A stretch of 64,000 nt of DNA, from the NCBI GenBank assembly GCA_965247115.1, contig CBDFGR010000003.1, positions 1,184,001 to 1,248,000 of the forward strand, read 5' to 3'. Below, one piece after another: positions 21,288 through 30,495 of this stretch. This stretch comes from Myxococcota bacterium. GTDB taxonomy: Bacteria > Myxococcota_A > UBA9160 > SZUA-336. A program made the translations under genes and the position numbers. The notes under the pieces are model-generated. The model was not told where the DNA came from, did not search any database, and saw only the letters and a program-made list of their open reading frames with translations. The first letter of the stretch is position 1. Each line of letters begins with the position of its first letter.

Positions 21288-23174
21288 CTACTCGATGCCA
21301 AACGCGAGCAGCACGTTGCCTGGGGCGGCCGTGATGACGTTGTAACCGGATCCCATGAACAGCATGCCCCCGACGATCGCGGGCCCATGGCCACCGATCG
21401 ATCCCCCTTTGGCTCGCACGCCGTTCACCGTCTCGTACTCTTGCATGGTGTTGTATTCCCAAAGGGTCTCGCCGTCTCCGGTCGAGTATGCGCGCATCGT
21501 GCCGTCCCTCGTCCCCGCGAACACGACGCCGGGGATGACCGTCGCTGCCCCAAACATTCCCGAGCTGCACCATTCCGCCTCGGGGTCGGAGCAGCTCGTC
21601 GGTTTCGAGTGCGTGGTGTACCAGACCCGCTCGCCCGTCGCGGGCCGGAGCGCGACCATCGCACCCGTCTCGTCGGGTAACGCGAGGGATCGGTAGTAGA
21701 GCTCTCCATCCGTGGCGGCGCCCATGCCGGAGCCTGCTACGGAGAGCCCGCCCGTGCGCACCGTGCCCAGTATGTCCCCGGCCTGCGCGACCCACAGCAC
21801 GGCGCCGTTGTTGTCGGGATCCAGTGCCGTGATCCTTCCGCTCTCTTGCCCCGCGATGAGAATCTGGCGTCCGTTCGGCAGCGTGTACAGGACTGGCGAC
21901 CCGGACACGTCGTCGTTGCTGGGTTGTATGAAACCGGGGCAGTTGATCCTGCGCTCGGCAGCCGTCCCTCCACCTCCCCCGCAGTTCAAATCGCCGGCTA
22001 AGAGCTGGGTCGACCAGCGTCTCTTGCCGGTGTCGAGGTCGAAGGCGATGACGGCGTCACTGGACCCCGAGTCCGGCACATTGATATAGCCATTCGCCGT
22101 GCCGACGTAGAGAACGCGGCGCCGGTAGTCGAGCGTGGGCGCCGCCCAGACCCCGGCACCCGATGGGCCGTAGAGCTGCGTGCCGGCGGAGTTCTTCCGG
22201 ATCGGCCTGGGACGTTCGGGGATCGTGTAGGTCTTCCAGATTTGCCGCCCGGTCCCGGCGTCCAGCGCCACCACGCTGCCCTGGGACGTGCAGCACTCGT
22301 ACGAGATGTTGACGAGGCCAGCGCCCTCCTCCCACGAGCCTACCGGCACATACAGGCGTCGTCCCTGGTTATCGAGCACGGGCGAACCCGTGATCTTCGT
22401 CATCTCATGGTCGTCCACAGATATCGTCCACAGCGGCTCGCCCGTTTCGGCATCCACGGCGTAGACGTTCGCCCGGAAATCCCCGAAGTACGCGGCATAA
22501 CGGTCTTGCGACCCGGGCACGGTCCCTACGCTGACGGCCGTCACTACGGCTTCCCCGGCGTCGAAGGACCAGTGCACACAGCCGGTCCGCGCGTCGAGTG
22601 CGTACACCACACCATTGTCGCTACCCACGAAGACGCGTCCCCCAGCCACCGTCGGCTGGCCCCGCACCGCGCTGCCATCCGGAAAGCCAAACGCCCACTT
22701 GCGCCGGAGCCGCGGCACCTGTTCCACCGTCAGCCCCGCAGCAGCGGTCGGCTGAAAGCGAGCGCTGGTCGTGGGATCGGGGCTCATGCCGTTCCAGTGC
22801 GGGGTGGCTGCCGGATCGCCCATCGGCATCCCACTGCCGCAGCGGTTCGGCATTGCCTCGGCCGAGCGGTCCGCCGCGTTTCCGAACGGGCGACCGGTCA
22901 CGAACACGGCCATCCCTCGCTTCTCCTCCTCCGAGAGCGCGCTCGCATTGGCCGCCATCGAGCCAGTCGTCAGCGCCTCGAGCACGCGCTCAGGGGACAA
23001 CTCTCGCAGGGCGTCGCTACTGACCGCGTTGGGGACGAGACTGGTAGTTCCATGACAGGCCGCGCACTGCGCCTCGAACATGAAGTCGTACCGAGAATCC
23101 GTCACCTGCGCCGAGGTCGCCATCGGCAGCAACACCGTGACGGCGACAGACGCCACAACAAACCACCTCATCAT
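21288..23174 (-). CDS. Cytochrome c/PQQ dehydrogenase, copy 3
   Basis: CAACH, YECC, PQQ repeats. Confidence 0.9.
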   Translation of the reverse strand: MMRWFVVASVAVTVLLPMATSAQVTDSRYDFMFEAQCAACHGTTSLVPNAVSSDALRELSPERVLEALTTGSMAANASALSEEEKRGMAVFVTGRPFGNAADRSAEAMPNRCGSGMPMGDPAATPHWNGMSPDPTTSARFQPTAAAGLTVEQVPRLRRKWAFGFPDGSAVRGQPTVAGGRVFVGSDNGVVYALDARTGCVHWSFDAGEAVVTAVSVGTVPGSQDRYAAYFGDFRANVYAVDAETGEPLWTISVDDHEMTKITGSPVLDNQGRRLYVPVGSWEEGAGLVNISYECCTSQGSVVALDAGTGRQIWKTYTIPERPRPIRKNSAGTQLYGPSGAGVWAAPTLDYRRRVLYVGTANGYINVPDSGSSDAVIAFDLDTGKRRWSTQLLAGDLNCGGGGGTAAERRINCPGFIQPSNDDVSGSPVLYTLPNGRQILIAGQESGRITALDPDNNGAVLWVAQAGDILGTVRTGGLSVAGSGMGAATDGELYYRSLALPDETGAMVALRPATGERVWYTTHSKPTSCSDPEAEWCSSGMFGAATVIPGVVFAGTRDGTMRAYSTGDGETLWEYNTMQEYETVNGVRAKGGSIGGHGPAIVGGMLFMGSGYNVITAAPGNVLLAFGIE

Positions 23175-23228
23175 CGTGCCTCCTCTTCGTCGGCCACGTC
23201 TCTGGAGCAGTGGCTCATCTTGACCGCC

Positions 23229-23257
23229 AGGATGGCAGCGGACTGCCTGAGGGTCAA
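23229..23257 (-). promoter_or_regulatory. Putative sigma70-type promoter of PQQ copy 3
   Basis: TTGACC-N17-CATCCT. Confidence 0.5.
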
Positions 23258-23358
23258 TCTCGCCACTTCCAATCTCCGCCAAGGCCTCGTAGGGTGGGAG
23301 AGCAGAGTACCCCCATCCCGATGTCCGACCGGGTGTCTCCGGTCAGGAGGTGAGCGCC

Positions 23359-24147
23359 ATGTCGATTGTCAACCTCTCGCTCGACGGAAAGGTCGCCCTC
23401 ATCACGGGCGGCTCGAAGGGAATCGGTCGGTCGATCGCGCTCGCGTTCGCCGAGAACGGCGCCGACGTCGCCATCGGCGCGCGCGGCAAGGAGGCCCTCG
23501 AGGCGACGGCCAAGGAGATCGAGGCGCGGGGGCGGCGCAGCCTGGCCCTACCGACGGACGTGGGCGAAGAGCAGCAGCTGCGCGAGCTCTACGAGCAGAC
23601 TGCCAAGCAGCTCGGCGGAGTCGATATTCTGGTCAACAACGCCGCGTTCGGCGAGATCCAGCCGCTCGAGGCCATTACGCCGGCCGACTTCGAGCGGGCC
23701 ATGCGCGTCAACGTTGGGGCGGCGCTGCTGCTCTCTCAGCTCTGTCGAGAATCGATGAAGAAGCGCGGCGGCGGCGTGATCATACACATCTCGTCGGACG
23801 AATCGCTGCGCCCCTCCGCGGGTATCGGCGCCTACGCCATGGCCAAGATCTGCCTCGCCCACCTCGCCAAACACATGGCTGCGGAATGGGGAGCGGACGG
23901 GATTCGGGTGCTCTCCATCTCGCCGGGTCTGGTTCGCACCGAGATGGCCCAGGGGCTCTGCGAGCTCATCGAGCGCCAGGGCGAGGATTGTACGCTCAAC
24001 CCGATGAACAACAGGATCGGTGAGCCGCACGAGATCGCCGGCTTCGCCCTGCTCGCGGCGAGCCCTGCCGGGAGCTACATCAACGGCGGCAACTACGTGA
24101 TCGACGGCGGGACCCAGTCCCTGCAGCCCGTCAAGATCGTCGAATAG
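23359..24147 (+). CDS. Short-chain dehydrogenase/reductase
   Basis: TGGSKGIG, NNAA, YAMAK (YxxxK), SPG motifs. Confidence 0.95.
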   Translation: MSIVNLSLDGKVALITGGSKGIGRSIALAFAENGADVAIGARGKEALEATAKEIEARGRRSLALPTDVGEEQQLRELYEQTAKQLGGVDILVNNAAFGEIQPLEAITPADFERAMRVNVGAALLLSQLCRESMKKRGGGVIIHISSDESLRPSAGIGAYAMAKICLAHLAKHMAAEWGADGIRVLSISPGLVRTEMAQGLCELIERQGEDCTLNPMNNRIGEPHEIAGFALLAASPAGSYINGGNYVIDGGTQSLQPVKIVE

Positions 24148-24199
24148 TTCGTCAAAGGCGGTCCGGAGCGCATCTCCAGCGCGCGATCGGCGGGCGGGA

Positions 24200-25228
24200 T
24201 TACACGAACGCCTCGATGACCGCGCGATGCGAGGCGAGGATCTGCTCTTCGCTGCATCGCCAGCTCGGCGCCTCCAGGATCGCCACGTCGACGATTCCCT
24301 CGAGCTCGGCGACGCGCGCCCTGACCTCGTCGCGATCGCCGGCGATCGCGTAGGCATCCAGCATCGCGTCGCTCGTTGCCTCCGCGATTGCGGAGAGATC
24401 TCGGGCCAGCCGAGCCTCGCGAAGAAGCTTCCACTCGGCGGCGAAGCCGTCCCGCTCGAAGGACGATTGGGGGACGGTTCCTCCCTCCGCGTAGAAGCTC
24501 AGCTGCTGGCCAGCCAGCTGGCGGGCCTCCTCGCGGTCATCCGATACGCAACAGACGTACATCCCGACGAGCTCCACGGTCTCCATGCTCCGGCCCGCCC
24601 GCTGCGCGCCGATCGCCAGGTTCGGACGGATCTCCTCACGCACGTGCCGGGAGGTGGCCCCCGGGAACATGATCAGGCCGTCGCCAATCTCACCGGCGAG
24701 CTGAATCGCCCGAGGCAGTCGCACGCCCAGGTGCACGGGCACCTCGCGGCGCACGGGCCTTCGGGACGACACCAACCCGGGCACGTGGAGAGCGCAGTGC
24801 TCGGAGTCGTAGTCGAGCGGTTCCCCCGGTGCGTCGTACCAGATCCTCCAGGCGTATCGAAGCACCTCGACCAGATCCCGGAGGCCATCCAGCGGCGGTC
24901 GCTCGCGTCCCACGGCCCAGCCGTCCTCGCTGCCGGGATGCAGCGAACCACTGCCCAGCCCGAGTACCAGCCGACCATCGGAGAGCTCGTCGAGGTCCGC
25001 GGCAACCCTCGCGCTGATGTAGGGGCTGCGGACGAAGCCCATCACCACATTGGTGCCGAGCCGGATCCGCGTGGTGGCCTCCGCAATGGCCGCCACCGGC
25101 ACGCTGTAGCTCCGCCGGAACTCGGGCATCCAGAGCGACTCGAAGCCCGCCTGTTCCGCGCTCCTCGCCAGCTCCACCCCCGACCGAAGCGAGGTGTGCT
25201 CGCTCCCGATCATGAGTCCGAGCTTCAC
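24200..25228 (-). CDS. LLM-class (Mer-like) flavin/F420-dependent oxidoreductase
   Basis: AEQAGFESLWMPE, TTRIRLGT, LDELSDGRLVLGLGSG, LAGEIGDG. Confidence 0.9.
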   Translation of the reverse strand: MKLGLMIGSEHTSLRSGVELARSAEQAGFESLWMPEFRRSYSVPVAAIAEATTRIRLGTNVVMGFVRSPYISARVAADLDELSDGRLVLGLGSGSLHPGSEDGWAVGRERPPLDGLRDLVEVLRYAWRIWYDAPGEPLDYDSEHCALHVPGLVSSRRPVRREVPVHLGVRLPRAIQLAGEIGDGLIMFPGATSRHVREEIRPNLAIGAQRAGRSMETVELVGMYVCCVSDDREEARQLAGQQLSFYAEGGTVPQSSFERDGFAAEWKLLREARLARDLSAIAEATSDAMLDAYAIAGDRDEVRARVAELEGIVDVAILEAPSWRCSEEQILASHRAVIEAFV

Positions 25229-25240
25229 GTCGCTGATTCG

Positions 25241-26152
25241 CTACGCGCCTTCGAGCAGAACGATCGGATCCTGCCCCATCTCGAGGCAGCCGATGAGCGG
25301 GGCCTCGACAGCGTAGCCGATCAGCCTCTGCACCTCGCGGGGAAAGTGTCGCGCCACCTCGGGGGGCCACATGAGCTGCTGGTTGAGCTCGCCGCGCAGC
25401 CATCCGAGGGAGTAGGCCATGATGAAGCCGCGGCGCACGCGGTCCGCGGTGATGTTGGCGCCACCCGCGTGGAGGAGGGGGCCAACCCAGATCGCCGCAG
25501 AGCCCGGCGGCATCTCCACGACCGCGATCTCCTCGGGTGCGGGCTCGCGCGGGGGGCGGTTATATCGTCCCCAGCCGCCTTCGCGCTTCGGTTCGTAATG
25601 GAGGGCCTCCGGCCAGCGGTGGCTGCCCAGGAGTGTGCGCGTCGCGCCCACATCGGCTGTGTACTCGCCCAGTGCGAAAAACGCAGTCATGCTCATCGGA
25701 AATCGCGCGCCTTCGACCGGCCACAGACCGTCGTCGCGGTGGAACGGTTGCCCAGTCTCCCCGGGGTACTGCTCGAACACCTGGCTCTGGTGCACGAGGA
25801 TGGAGGTGCAGTGTTCCTTGAGGACAGATTCGGCCACCTCGACGACGCGCGGATGAGCGACGAGATGCTGCGTGATGGTAGGCGATCGAGTGAGCGTATT
25901 GTTGAGGCGCTTCTGGTGCCCCAGGAATTCCCCCATCTCCTCTTCCGCGTGCTCACATCCGAGAGGCGTCTCGGTCAGCAGAGGGTCGAGTTCCGCGTTG
26001 ATCCGCGCGACCAAACTCGAGTCGATCACGTCCCGCAGCACGACGAGACCGTCCCGGTCGAGGGCCTCGCGGATCTCCAAAAGGTCGGCCGACGCAGAGA
26101 AGTGCTGGGGCCCTCGCCCGAGCGAAGCGGCCGTAGCGGTACTCACTGCCAT
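25241..26152 (-). CDS. Phytanoyl-CoA dioxygenase (PhyH) family Fe/2OG enzyme
   Basis: QPFHRDD (HxD), GATR..GSH.W, HAGGAN...R, GWLR.E.NQ. Confidence 0.9.
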   Translation of the reverse strand: MAVSTATAASLGRGPQHFSASADLLEIREALDRDGLVVLRDVIDSSLVARINAELDPLLTETPLGCEHAEEEMGEFLGHQKRLNNTLTRSPTITQHLVAHPRVVEVAESVLKEHCTSILVHQSQVFEQYPGETGQPFHRDDGLWPVEGARFPMSMTAFFALGEYTADVGATRTLLGSHRWPEALHYEPKREGGWGRYNRPPREPAPEEIAVVEMPPGSAAIWVGPLLHAGGANITADRVRRGFIMAYSLGWLRGELNQQLMWPPEVARHFPREVQRLIGYAVEAPLIGCLEMGQDPIVLLEGA

Positions 26153-26265
26153 CGCCAATCCTCCCTCTTCGGGCATCGATGCAGGTAGAGTAAACGAATC
26201 GGCACCCCTGGACAATCTCGTTGCAGCTTCGCCGGCCATAGACTGGGGTGGCGAGATCGCCATCG

Positions 26266-28140
26266 CTACTCGACGCCAAACGCGATCAGCACGTTGCCCG
26301 GGGCGCTCGTGATGACGTTGTAGCCGGAGCCCATGAACAGCATGCCCCCGACGATGGCCGGCCCGTGACCACCGATCGAGCCCCCCTTGGCGCGCACGCC
26401 GTTCACCGTCTCGTACTCCTGCATGGTGTTGTACTCCCACAGGACCTCGCCGTCGTCTGTCGAATACGCGCGCAGGGTGCCGTCCCTCGCTCCGGCGAAC
26501 ACGGCGCCCGGGATGACCGTCGCCGCTGCATACAGTCCCGAACCGCACCAGGCCGCCTCCGGGTCAGAGCAACTCGTCGGCTTCGCGTGCGGGGTGTACC
26601 AGACCCGCTCGCCGGTCGCGGGGTGGAGCGCGGCCAGCGCACCAGCCTGGTCGGGGAGCGCAACGGCACTGTAGTAGAGCTCTCCATCCGCGGCGGCGCC
26701 GAGGCCGGCGCCACCTGGGCCCAGTACATCCCCCGCTTGCGCGACCCACAGCACTGCGCCGTTGTCGTCCGGATCCAGTGCCGTGATCCTGCCGCTCTCC
26801 TGTCCCGCGATCAGAATCTGGCGCCCGTTCGGCAGCGTGTACAGGACGGGGGATCCGGACACGTCGTCGTTGGGACCTGAGCCTGGAAACGAAGAAGTGA
26901 TGTACCCGGGGCAGTTGATCCTGAGCTCGGCATCCGTCGTTCCACCTCCCCCGCAGTTCTGATCGTTGGCCAAGAGCTGGGTCGACCAGCGCCTCTCGCC
27001 GGTATCGAGGTCGAAGGCGATGACGGCGTCGCTGGAGTCCGAGTCGGGCACGTTGATATAGCCATTGGCCGTGCCGACGTAGATCGCCCGGCGCCTGAAG
27101 TCGAGCGTCGGCGCGGCCCAGACCCCGGCACCCGACGGACCGTACAGCTGGGTGCCTGCCGAGTTCTTCCTGATCGGCCTGGGACGTTCGGGGATCGTGT
27201 AGCTCTTCCAGATCTGCTCCCCGGTCCTGGCGTCCAGCGCCACCACGCTGCCCTGGGACGTGCAGCACTCGTAGAAGAGGTTGTTTCCAGCGCCCTCCTC
27301 CCACGAGCCTACCGGCACGTACAGGCGTCCCCCCTGGGTATCGAGCACGGGCGAACCGGTGACCTTCGCCATCTGATGGTCGTCCACAGACACCGTCCAG
27401 AGCGGCTCGCCCGTCTCCGCGTCCACCGCGTGGACGTCCGCCTCGCGGTCCCCGAAGTATGCGGCATGCTGGTCTTGCGACCCGGGCACCGTTCCCACGC
27501 TGACGGCCGTAACCACGGGTTTCCCGGCGTCGAAGGACCAGTGCACACAGCCCGTCTTCGCGTCGAGCGCGTACACCACTCCGGCGTCGCTGCCCACGAA
27601 CACCCGACCCCCGGCCACCGTCGGCTGGCCCCGCACCGAGCTGCCATCGGGAAAGCCGAATGCCCACTTGCGCCGCAGTTGCGGCAGCTGCTCGATCGTC
27701 AGCCCCGCGGCGGCGGCCCCTTGAAAGCGAGCGCTCGTGGTGGGATCGGGGCTCATGCCGTTCCAGTGCGGGCCGGCGGACGGATCGCGCATCGGCATGT
27801 CATCGGCGCAGCGATTCGGCATCGCCTCGGCCGAGCGGTCCGCCGCGCTTCCGAACGGGCGGCCCGTCACGTACCTGGCCAGCCCGCGTTTCTCCTCATC
27901 CGAGAGCTCGCTCGCATTGGGCGCCATCGAGCCGGTCGTCAGCGCCTCGAGCACGCGCTCCGGGGGAAACGCACGGAAGGCTTCGCGGCTGACCGCGTTG
28001 GGAACGAGACTCGTCGTTCCATGGCAGACCCCGCACTGCTCCTCGAACAGGAAGAGCGCATCAGCATCTGTCACCTGCCCCCAGGTCACCCTCGGCAGCA
28101 ACACCGTGACGGCGACAGACGCCAGGACAAACCATCTCAT
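26266..28140 (-). CDS. Cytochrome c/PQQ dehydrogenase, copy 4
   Basis: CGVCH, YECC, PQQ repeats; ATG 28140 with GGAGG RBS. Confidence 0.9.
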   Translation of the reverse strand: MRWFVLASVAVTVLLPRVTWGQVTDADALFLFEEQCGVCHGTTSLVPNAVSREAFRAFPPERVLEALTTGSMAPNASELSDEEKRGLARYVTGRPFGSAADRSAEAMPNRCADDMPMRDPSAGPHWNGMSPDPTTSARFQGAAAAGLTIEQLPQLRRKWAFGFPDGSSVRGQPTVAGGRVFVGSDAGVVYALDAKTGCVHWSFDAGKPVVTAVSVGTVPGSQDQHAAYFGDREADVHAVDAETGEPLWTVSVDDHQMAKVTGSPVLDTQGGRLYVPVGSWEEGAGNNLFYECCTSQGSVVALDARTGEQIWKSYTIPERPRPIRKNSAGTQLYGPSGAGVWAAPTLDFRRRAIYVGTANGYINVPDSDSSDAVIAFDLDTGERRWSTQLLANDQNCGGGGTTDAELRINCPGYITSSFPGSGPNDDVSGSPVLYTLPNGRQILIAGQESGRITALDPDDNGAVLWVAQAGDVLGPGGAGLGAAADGELYYSAVALPDQAGALAALHPATGERVWYTPHAKPTSCSDPEAAWCGSGLYAAATVIPGAVFAGARDGTLRAYSTDDGEVLWEYNTMQEYETVNGVRAKGGSIGGHGPAIVGGMLFMGSGYNVITSAPGNVLIAFGVE

Positions 28141-28323
28141 CAGCGTGCCTCCTGGATGGACTGTGTTCCCCACTCGTGGCCTCCTTTGCGGATAAGCATC
28201 ATAAGGGTATGGCGTCTGCAGGGCGAGCCATGAGCCCGGTGGGAAGTGGAAGGTGGTGCCTCCCGAGCCCGTCGGGAATTCTCGAGTTGGGAAATCAACA
28301 ACACCCAACGAGAGGAGGCACCG

Positions 28324-29391
28324 ATGGAACGAACCATCGGGATGGACGTCCACGCTGCGAGCTGCACGCTGGCGGTGATCTCGCAGGCCGGGAAGCGGTT
28401 GAAGGACTTCCCGGTCGAGACCAACGGCCAGGCCCTGGTCGAGGCCATCCGCATGATTCCGGGCCGGAAGGTTCTGGCCTTCGAAGAGGGACTCCAGAGC
28501 GCGTGGCTGTACGAGACGCTGAGTCCTCACGTGGACGAGATCGTCGTGGCCACGATCAGGGAGAGCCGAGGGCCGAAGAGCGACAAGCGCGACGCGTATC
28601 GCCTGGCCGAGAAGCTACACATGGGGAACCTCGACCAGCCGGTCTTCAAGGCCCCGCGAGAGTTCACGCGGCTGCGCGAGCTCTCGCGGATCCACATGAC
28701 GGGGGTCGGAGACGTCGTGCGAGTGCAGGCTCGGATCAAGAGCCTGTACCGATCGCGCGGTGTCCTGGTGACCGGCCTGGATGTCTACAGCCCGCGGCGC
28801 CGCAAGGAGTGGCAGAAGCAGCTCTGCTCCAGCGCGCAGACGAGAGCGACCAGGCTCTACGAACATCTCGACTTCTTGTTGGAGCAGAAGAAACGAGCCG
28901 AGGCCGATCTGCTTCGAGAGGCGAAGAAGCAGCCCATCGTGCCGATCCTGGAGACCGCACCCGGCCTCGGACCGATCCGCGCAGCACGGCTGCTCCCGAT
29001 TGTCGTGACGCCCCACCGCTTCCGCACGAAACGACAGTTCTGGAGCTACTGCGGGCTGGGCATCGTGACCCGCTCGAGCTCGGACTGGATCCAGACGGCC
29101 GACGGAGGCTGGATCAAGGGGCGGGTCCCTCAGACGAGAGGGCTATCCCGCCAGCACAATCGCGTCCTGAAGAGCATCTTCAAGGGCGCCGCGACCACGG
29201 TGATCACGCAGCGCAACAAGGATCCGATCTATGCGCGCTACCAGCGGCTTCTCGATGGTGGCACGAAGCCGACGCTCGCGAAGCTCAGCTTGGCGCGCAT
29301 GATCGCAGCCACGGTGCTGCGGATGTGGAAGGACGAGGAGGAGTACGACCCCGGACGAGCCAGTCCGCCCACGGAGACACGCGAAGGCTAG
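28324..29391 (+). mobile_element. IS110-family recombinase/transposase, intact ORF
   Basis: IGMDVH, FEEG and KSDKRDA (DEDD); PGLGPIRA, FRTKRQFWSYCGL, RSSS in the C-terminal domain. Confidence 0.92.
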
Positions 29392-29436
29392 GCGACTGCT
29401 CGATCGAGAGAGTCGATGAGAAGGCAAGCACCCGAG

Positions 29437-29780
29437 AACTGGCGGACGGGGACCACGGGCAGCACGCGATCGACTAGGTGGGCGGCGGTGTCGGCCATGC
29501 GGCGGCCGCCGCAGGAGGGGCAGAACCCCCGCCCCTTGCATGAGAATGCGACGAGCCGGTCGTGTCCGCAGGCCACGCAGCGAAGGCGCACGAAGCCGTA
29601 GCACAGCAAGCCACACTCGAGGTAAGCGCGCAGCTCACGCTCTACGAAACGGGGGACCGGGCGCTCCCGCTCCTGGGCGTGCGCGAGGAATGTCTCGACG
29701 TGCTCGCGGAGGACGGTATGAAGCACGCCGTTCTCGGGTTCCCGCCTCGAGCGGTCGCACTCCGCGGGTGGGCTCGGACG
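29437..29780 (-). pseudogene. IS91-family transposase N-terminal zinc-binding fragment
   Basis: YLECG.L..GF.R.RC..C...LVAFSCKGRGFCPSCGGRRM...VPVRQ, then breaks off. Confidence 0.88.
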
Positions 29781-30056
29781 AAGAGGGGGCTCGGGAGACA
29801 TGCAGGCGGCGCAATGCGAAGCCGATGCCCACGCTGGCACCCTCTTCGGCGTTGGAGAGGCGGTCCGAGCGGTGCAAGTTCACTCTCGTACACATCCCCG
29901 TGGCGACGCGGGCTCACGAGACAATCGGCGATGGGCCGGATGGGCGCATCCCGCTCGCTAGATTCAGTTCATGCAACGTCTGGAGGCGACGAGGTTCCGC
30001 GAGCCTCGTCCACAACATTCAACTCCGGAACGGCCGAGGACCCGGTCCGCAAGACT

Positions 30057-30495
30057 TCAGACGTCCCAGGCCCGTCTCCGAACCGCGTCGATCAGCTGCT
30101 GCGGTGCGATGTGTCGGAGATACCGATCGGTGGTCGCGAGGCTCGAGTGGCCGAGCTGAGCCTGGACGAGATTCGTTGGGAACCCCTCAGCCGCCAACTC
30201 AGCAGCGTGCGAGTGGCGGAGGCCGTGCGCGTGGACGCGCTTCTCGATGCCGACCTTGAGGGCGAGGCGCCGCAGCAGCGCCCGCACGTAGGCGTCCTTG
30301 AGGGGAGCTCCGCCGAGCGTGCATAAGACAGGCTGACGACCATCGACGCCCAGCTCCCGCCGCCGGTCCAGCCAGCGGTCGACGAGCGCGAAGGCACCGG
30401 GGTCCAGGCCGATCGTGCGGCGCTTGTCGCCCTTGCCGTGGAGAACGGCCACTGTTCCCGCCCGTGGGTCCAGGTCCTTCGGAAGGAGCGCAAGC
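30057..30495 (-). pseudogene. Tyrosine recombinase, 5'-truncated catalytic fragment
   Basis: GKGDKRR, HGLRHS, LGHSSLATTDRY; sequence up to and including the first catalytic Arg is missing. Confidence 0.88.

Noticed and set aside
24227..26188. Long antisense ORFs (also 4065..6146, 22242..24023, 51322..53046, 54548..56356)
   Set aside because: Typical high-GC shadow ORFs opposite well-supported genes, with no recognisable motifs.
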